From positions 1-16,008 of the forward strand of contig NZ_LFJJ01000125.1 of NCBI RefSeq assembly GCF_001189365.1: DNA of 16,008 bases, in the 5' to 3' direction. Of the stretch, positions 9,386-16,008 are shown in pieces; within the stretch, counting starts at the first letter, position 1, and every line of letters starts with the position of its first letter. The notes below the pieces were generated by a model. That model did not search any database and had not been told where the DNA came from. It saw only the letters and a list, made by a program, of their open reading frames with translations. The position numbers and the translations under genes were made by a program. The DNA comes from Candidatus Burkholderia verschuerenii (GTDB lineage Bacteria; Pseudomonadota; Gammaproteobacteria; Burkholderiales; Burkholderiaceae).

Positions 9386-10150
9386 ATGGACTCACACCCA
9401 ATCACATTTTCGTTGAGCGACGAATCGCCGGGCTACGCAATCAGTCCGGCGCGCGTCCCGTTGGGCACGCTCACCGCATTCGCGAGCGACGTGCAGGAAT
9501 TTCTCCTCGGCAGCGAGAGGTCCGTAAGTGCCGAATTGGAGGTCGCCGTGGTCAACGGATCGCTGGCGATCGAAGCGCGCAATGCCGATTCGCCAGGGCT
9601 GCTGCACGATTTAAAACGACTTGCCAGCGGATTGGATCTGACAAGGATCGATCCGAAACGTCGGTCGGTCATCGAGCGATGGCAATTGACGGCACGCGAC
9701 GCAAAATCGTGGAAACTGGAAATTAGTGGTGCGGAAAGGACGACGATTGTGGTTTCAAATGTGACGGATTTTCATTTCGCCGACCACCATCAGTTGGTTA
9801 ATGTCGAGCGTTATATTCGCGGTGAAGTGGTCAAGTTGGGCGGAGCAAGGGAGCCGACTGCCCGCATCCGTTTGGCCAACGGAAAAATGCTGACCGTGCA
9901 TGCAGAGCGCGAGACCATACGCGCCGAAACTGAAAATCACCTTTATAGACACGTGCATGTCCGAATTCGAGCAAAGCTTGATATTGAAACAGGTGAATTG
10001 AGTGACGCACGACTAGTAGAGTTCGTCGATTATTCCCCTGGGTTCGATGAACAGGCATTCGAAAAATTGACTTCGGAAGGCACGGAAGCATGGAAGGATG
10101 TAGATGACCCGGCTGAATGGGTTCGAAATTTGCGGGGAACGTCTGAGTGA
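9386..10150 (+). CDS. Hypothetical 254-aa protein with no recognisable domain; first gene of a low-GC two-gene island
   Basis: First in-frame ATG after an upstream TAA. The ORF lies in a ~48% GC region against ~65% flanks. Its stop TGA (10148-10150) overlaps the GTG start of the downstream PIN gene (GTGA). Weak RBS. Acidic C-terminus. Contains the sequence RAETENH (Rx5H). Confidence 0.6.
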   Translation: MDSHPITFSLSDESPGYAISPARVPLGTLTAFASDVQEFLLGSERSVSAELEVAVVNGSLAIEARNADSPGLLHDLKRLASGLDLTRIDPKRRSVIERWQLTARDAKSWKLEISGAERTTIVVSNVTDFHFADHHQLVNVERYIRGEVVKLGGAREPTARIRLANGKMLTVHAERETIRAETENHLYRHVHVRIRAKLDIETGELSDARLVEFVDYSPGFDEQAFEKLTSEGTEAWKDVDDPAEWVRNLRGTSE

Positions 10151-10647
10151 ATTCCGTCTTGCTTGATACCAGCTTCCTGATTTGCTTGAGTGATTCGAAT
10201 CGCTCGCATCATGCTCTTGCGAAGACTTACTTTCAGCGATTTATCGCCGAAGAAATCACGATGTATTTGTCGACCATCGTCATTAGCGAGTTCGAGGTTA
10301 AACAGCGAATATCGAGTTTGGGCCTTTCGAATTTTATCGTTCTACCGTTTAATTACGAAGACGCGTTACTGACAGCCAGGCTCTTCAACGAAATGCACGG
10401 CAATCGGCAGGAATCGGACGCGCGTGTCGCCATCAAAGACGACGCCAAGATACTCGGCCAATGCGTCTTCGCGGGTATAACGCATTTTGCGACGGACGAT
10501 GATAAATGCGTCCGGCGAATGAAAGCGGTGCGTGCAGGCGGTTTAGCCACGGACTTGCCGCATGCGATAGACCTGCACGAGCCTTTCTGGGAAGGATGGT
10601 TCACGGAAAATAATCAAGGCAATCTTCCTTTTGACTCGAATGCTTAG
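10147..10647 (+). CDS. PIN-domain (VapC-like) ribonuclease
   Basis: N-terminus VNSVLLDTSFLICL (the PIN motif LDT[NS]xLI with the first catalytic Asp). Later acidic residues occur at spacings typical of PIN (ISEFEV, ATDDDKC, D near 120). GTG start overlaps the upstream stop by 4 nt. Low GC. Confidence 0.7.
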   Translation: MNSVLLDTSFLICLSDSNRSHHALAKTYFQRFIAEEITMYLSTIVISEFEVKQRISSLGLSNFIVLPFNYEDALLTARLFNEMHGNRQESDARVAIKDDAKILGQCVFAGITHFATDDDKCVRRMKAVRAGGLATDLPHAIDLHEPFWEGWFTENNQGNLPFDSNA

Positions 10648-10665
10648 CACGCCTTGAGGAAATTC

Positions 10666-11472
10666 CTAGCGAGATAGCGTCGAGGTTGCCGACCCCGAAG
10701 CCGACGCCGAAACCGGCCCCTCCGCCGGCGTCGACGGCGCGCTAGCGCCCGATGCGTTCGCGGCCGCCGCCTGCGCTTCCTTGCGCGTCTCGGCCGCTGC
10801 CGCCGATGCCTGGATCGCCGTCGCCGCGGCCGGGTTCGTCACGACGATCGGCGTCGGCGTCAGTTCCGGCGAACTCACGACGATCGACGGCGCGAGCGGC
10901 TTGCTCTTCACTTCATCGGCGGCGACGGGCGCGCTGCGTGGCACGGTGCTCAGATAGTGGCCCATCAGCCCGAAAAAGCGGTCGTAGAACTTGCCTGCCG
11001 GCACGGTCTCGCTGGTGATCTTCACCATCGCGTCGTTGTTCGAGCGGATCGGCAGCGACAGCGAGCCGAACACGCTCAGGCCGACGCTCGCCGACGTGTC
11101 GCTCTTCTTGAGCGCGTAGCCGTCCTGCACGGCGTTCACATACGCGATGCTCGTGTTGGTCGCATTTTCCCCCGGCGTACAGACGACGTGGAACGACACG
11201 ACCACGTGCTGATCGGCGGTCGGCTGGAAGTTTTTGGTCGCATCGACGGTATCGGGCTGGCCCATCGTCGTCAGGAAACCTTGCGATAGCAGGGCGCGGC
11301 GCGCGGCTTCGCAGGTTTCGTTGACGGTGGCGTCGAAGTTGTGCGCGAACGGACTCGCGCCGGAATTGAACAATTCTTGCTGATAGCTCGGCGTGGTGGC
11401 GGAGCGGCCCCCGCAGGCGGCGAGGGCGAGGAGTGCGAGGGAGGCGAAAGCGAGACGCAGCGGAGTGGGCAT
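10666..11472 (-). CDS. Putative lipoprotein with an Ala/Pro/Ser-rich low-complexity C-terminal tail
   Basis: ATG at 11472. Signal peptide with lipobox MPTPLRLAFASLALLALAA|CGG. Globular middle region, then a 90-aa A/P/S/T-rich tail. Convergent with the PIN gene, with an 18-bp gap. Confidence 0.7.
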   Translation of the reverse strand: MPTPLRLAFASLALLALAACGGRSATTPSYQQELFNSGASPFAHNFDATVNETCEAARRALLSQGFLTTMGQPDTVDATKNFQPTADQHVVVSFHVVCTPGENATNTSIAYVNAVQDGYALKKSDTSASVGLSVFGSLSLPIRSNNDAMVKITSETVPAGKFYDRFFGLMGHYLSTVPRSAPVAADEVKSKPLAPSIVVSSPELTPTPIVVTNPAAATAIQASAAAAETRKEAQAAAANASGASAPSTPAEGPVSASASGSATSTLSR

Positions 11473-11611
11473 AGGCACGGCAAATACGAGATGTGAGACG
11501 CGGCAAACGTAAATTGTAGTGCCGTCGGACCCGCCGATGAAAAAGGAGGTTCCGAAAAACATCGTCGAATCCGTGGCTTACAGCTTGATGAAAACGCCGT
11601 CGATCAATACT

Positions 11612-11637
11612 CAAAAGCCCGGCGCTCAGGCCGGGCT
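11612..11637 (-). terminator. Rho-independent terminator for the DUF4148 gene (minus strand)
   Basis: AGCCCGGC-gctcag-GCCGGGCT is a perfect 8-bp stem. On the minus strand it is followed by CTTTTG. It lies 49 nt past the TAA at 11686-11688. Confidence 0.6.
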
Positions 11638-11685
11638 TCGTTCCGAGCGGCTTTTTCAGCCGCCGCGACGCCTGCTTTCCGATGC

Positions 11686-12030
11686 TTACGGACGATCGAA
11701 ATCGACCGCGCTGACATCGTTCGACGGACGCACGATGCGGCTCAGAAACTTCGACTGCACAGCATGGCCCGATGCCGACGCGCCGTCGCTCACGCCGCCA
11801 AAGGAGGCGTCGGCTGCGGCCGGTTGTGCATCGACGCGCGCTTCGGCGGCCTGGATGTTGGCGGGGTAGGTCGTGTGATCGCTGACGGGGTTGTAGCCGG
11901 CTTGTTCGAGTTGAACCAGTTGCGCCTTCACTTCGGCGCGGGTGACGGGTGCGTTGTCGGCGGCTTGAGCGAACGCGGGAGCAGCGAGGGCGGAAGCGAT
12001 GACAAGAGCGGGAACGATTGACTTGAACAT
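11686..12030 (-). CDS. DUF4148-family small secreted protein
   Basis: GGAGG 6 nt upstream of ATG 12030. Signal peptide MFKSIVPALVIASALAAPAFA|QA. The DUF4148 motif LTRAEVKAQLVQLEQAGYNP..D.TYP is characteristic of Burkholderia. Confidence 0.8.
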   Translation of the reverse strand: MFKSIVPALVIASALAAPAFAQAADNAPVTRAEVKAQLVQLEQAGYNPVSDHTTYPANIQAAEARVDAQPAAADASFGGVSDGASASGHAVQSKFLSRIVRPSNDVSAVDFDRP

Positions 12031-12287
12031 GATGAACCTCCGAATGCTGGTTGACTGCTTGAGGGAACGTTGCGGTGGGAGAACCTGTCTCTCTGATCGC
12101 TTCGTCGTTGAGAGGCAGTCTAGGCCGCAGTGATCTAGGTAAAAACCCTCATTCGGATAAATCAGAATTCTTGGATTGACATTAATCGAGTCAATGAGCG
12201 TTGAAAGCTGATAGTTAAGTTTTCGCTTTATTGGGGGCGATGGCCCGGCCTACGGGATTCTCCGGTGATTCTCGTCGCCTCCCCTTC

Positions 12288-12316
12288 TTGAAATTGCCAA
12301 ATCCCGTCCATATAAT
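12288..12316 (+). promoter_or_regulatory. groESL promoter: -35 TTGAAA / 17-nt spacer / -10 TATAAT. The context CCCCTTCTTGAAA...CCATATAAT is also sigma32-like.
   Basis: TTGAAA at 12288-12293 and TATAAT at 12311-12316, with exact 17-nt spacing. The upstream CCCTTCTTGAAA and downstream CCATAT resemble the RpoH consensus (CTTGAAA / CCCCATNT). Confidence 0.6.
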
Positions 12317-12342
12317 TGGCACTCACCGCACGAGAGTGCTAA
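12316..12342 (+). promoter_or_regulatory. CIRCE operator (HrcA binding site)
   Basis: TTGGCACTC-accgcacga-GAGTGCTAA compared with the consensus TTAGCACTC-N9-GAGTGCTAA. It is a perfect inverted repeat with a 9-nt spacer, immediately abutting the -10 box and 81 nt upstream of groES. Confidence 0.85.
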
Positions 12343-12422
12343 CAAGACATCCGTTCCGGTGAGCTGTGCTCAATGGAACGGGAATTCCCGCGTTTTCAGT
12401 CTCAATCAAGAGAGGAGTGTGT

Positions 12423-12713
12423 ATGAACCTTCGTCCTTTGCACGATCGCGTCATCGTCAAGCGTCTGGACCAGGAAACCAAGACCGCATCGGGCATCGTG
12501 ATCCCCGAAGCCGCCGCCGAAAAGCCGGATCAAGGCGAAGTCCTGGCCATCGGCCCGGGCAAGCGCGATGACAAGGGCGCGCAAATCGCCCTCGACGTGA
12601 AGGTCGGTGACCGCGTGCTGTTCGGCAAGTACGCCGGCCAGACCGTCAAGGTCGACGGGCAAGAGCTGCTCGTCATGCGCGAAGAAGACATCATGGCCGT
12701 TCTGGTCAAGTAA
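12423..12713 (+). CDS. groES: Co-chaperonin GroES
   Basis: GAGGAG RBS 5 nt upstream of ATG 12423. Translation [52 protein letters not shown]...[15 protein letters not shown] is canonical GroES. Confidence 0.97.
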   Translation: MNLRPLHDRVIVKRLDQETKTASGIVIPEAAAEKPDQGEVLAIGPGKRDDKGAQIALDVKVGDRVLFGKYAGQTVKVDGQELLVMREEDIMAVLVK

Positions 12714-12749
12714 GCATCCTTCCTGCACGTTCCGGCTTCGTCTGCCTGA

Positions 12750-14450
<1,701 letters not shown>

Positions 14451-14512
14451 GCTGGCTTTATCGCCGGTTTTACATGGGCGCGGGTCTCGCGAGAGGCTTG
14501 CGTCGTGCCGAA

Positions 14513-14543
14513 GAAAAAAACCCGCAGCGATGCGGGTTTTTTT
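14513..14543. terminator. Bidirectional rho-independent terminator between groEL and the convergent GNAT gene
   Basis: AAAAAAA-CCCGCA-gcga-TGCGGG-TTTTTTT: a 6-bp GC stem flanked by an A7 run and a T7 run. Confidence 0.85.
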
Positions 14544-14608
14544 CGTTTGGAGCGGCCTGCGCGGCGTGGCGTCCGATTTGATCGATGTTCGTTAAATCGA
14601 TCGCTTCT

Positions 14609-15043
14609 GGCATGGACATTCCTCATCAAAGTCATCCAGTTCCCCCTCTCGCCCTGCGCGACGAAACCGTATGGTTCAAGAAAGGGGAGACACGCTTTCG
14701 GCACACGGGTGAGCAACGCCGCCCGATGCTCGTCCGCATAGGTCAGCACCGCGTCGCGCAACACTCCGAAGATGCCGGCGCCGCGTGCTTCAGGGCGCAT
14801 GTAGCCCTGAAGCAGATGAAAACGATCGCCCAATTCTTCCACGCTGATGAAGCCCAGCACCCGTGACGCTTGCGTGATTTGCGCGACAAACCAGCGATAG
14901 CGCGGTCCGTCGTCGAGGGGGTAGCCGCCACACTCTCGACGGACCGAGCGGCTGACGAAAAATCGTCCCATGTGCGCGAAGAATTTTGCCTCGTCGTCGA
15001 TGGAGCGCCATCGCGAAAAGCAGCAATCTTCCACCCGGATCAT
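14609..15043 (-). CDS. GNAT-family N-acetyltransferase; the homology-supported part is given and the stop codon is not resolved
   Basis: ATG at 15043 overlaps the TGA of the upstream IbrA-like gene (ATGA). GNAT motif A is YMRPEARGAGIFGVL. The frame stays open past the domain, straight through the groEL terminator and into groEL (ORF 14240..15043). No in-frame stop precedes the terminator. Confidence 0.65.
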
Positions 15044-16008
15044 GCGCCTGTCTCTTCAGGTGCGCCCCACGCTTGAATGTCCTGTCTGGCGAAACCGAAA
15101 GACAGCGAGCGTGCCATATCCTGTTTTAGAAGTGACAAGGCCACACGGCGCCAGGATGGTTGCGCGCGTCGATTCTCCAGCGCGGGTGTGCCTGCGTCGG
15201 GCCAGGCGTCGAGCGGATAGCCATGGCTCGCCCACCATTGGACAAAGCGTTCGATGCGACGTGCATAGCGACCCTTTGCCCCTCTGGCATGCTGCCGAGC
15301 TGGAAATGGGCATAGGCCTTCCAGGTAGCGAAGGAAGACGGTAGTCCTGTGCCACCGCGATAGCCGAGAAACCGTTGGCGACAATAGCGCGCCGCGTAGT
15401 TGGCGCCAGCAACACGGGTCACCACCCTGAACCAGGTTTCCGGCTCGATGCGATGGAACAGGTCCAACCCTTTGCGCTGGTCATCACCGTAAGGCTGGCA
15501 GATGCGCATTTGCGAAAATGCGATGCCTGCCCAATGCATGTCATCGTACAGCCGGTTGTACGCGTGATGTTTCTCATGCGTGTAGCGCCATAGATCGCCG
15601 AATTTCCAGTCATAGATCGGGAAGAAGCTGACGGCCTGGTCCTCGCTGTCGTGACGCGAACTCCATGCGATCGGCGCGGCGCGACCGGGCGGCGTCCATG
15701 CCCGCCGTTTTCCCGGCCGCCTTGGCCGGATGGCGCGGTATCGGTTCAGGGATTCATCGGCACGAATGCCCACCAGGAACGCGGTCGGAACATCACGAGC
15801 CAACCACGCATCGAAGCCGGCCACGAATTCTTCGAACTCCATGCGGAATCGGTAAAACGGGAAGACTGAAGCATCGCGTATCAAGTTGTGTGCGTCAAGT
15901 TGTGCAGAAATCGGATGCCGGTGGTTTCAGTTGATCCTTCTGTGCGACGTGCGGCGCGAAGGGCGTAGCCCGCAGCGCCGAACGCCGCGCGGCCGCTATG
16001 CAGCAGCG
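15040..16008 (-). pseudogene. PAPS-reductase-like / DUF3440 (IbrA-like) protein, 5'-truncated by the window edge, with a frameshift near 15285-15300
   Basis: The upstream frame (ORF 15126..15884, open from ~15955) carries PAPS-reductase-like motifs (FLVGIRADESLNRYRAI, FFPIYDWKFGDLWRY, TWKAYAHFQLGSMPE). The DUF3440-type C-terminus (RYARRIERFVQWWASHGYPLDAWPDAGTPALENRRAQPSWRRVALSLLKQDMARSLSFGF) is in the frame of ORF 15040..15384. The two frames overlap across 15126-15384. The upstream frame has stops at ~15955 and ~16000, so the N-terminal P-loop part is missing or also shifted. Confidence 0.6.

Overview
This is a high-GC (~65%) betaproteobacterial chromosome segment that looks like Burkholderia sensu lato. 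The evidence is a DUF4148 secreted protein, a lipoprotein-type D-(-)-3-hydroxybutyrate oligomer hydrolase, a TM-anchored TAXI TRAP receptor, and a CIRCE/HrcA-controlled groESL operon. Gene order, with strand, is:
- XdhC-like 3' end (+)
- SPFH/prohibitin protein (-)
- AraC regulator (-)
- LysR regulator (-)
- DsbA-like 2-hydroxychromene-2-carboxylate isomerase (-)
- TAXI TRAP solute receptor (-)
- BON-domain OsmY-like protein (+)
- 3HB-oligomer hydrolase (+)
- a ~1.4 kb low-GC (~48%) island (+) with two translationally coupled genes: an unknown 254-aa protein followed by a PIN-domain nuclease
- lipoprotein (-)
- DUF4148 protein (-)
- groES-groEL (+)
- GNAT acetyltransferase (-), translationally coupled to an upstream PAPS-reductase/DUF3440 (IbrA-like) gene (-) that runs off the window end

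The most striking global feature is that roughly half of the non-essential genes are visibly broken:
- frameshifts in the AraC, LysR, 3HB-hydrolase and IbrA-like genes
- an in-frame TAA in the DsbA-like gene
- an in-frame TGA in xdhC
- apparent loss of the stop codon in the TAXI and GNAT genes

groESL and the small structural genes are intact. This pattern fits a pseudogene-rich, host-restricted or recently bottlenecked Burkholderia lineage, or a poor assembly. The best candidate for an undescribed system is the low-GC two-gene island (unknown 254-aa protein plus PIN nuclease) at 9.3-10.7 kb.
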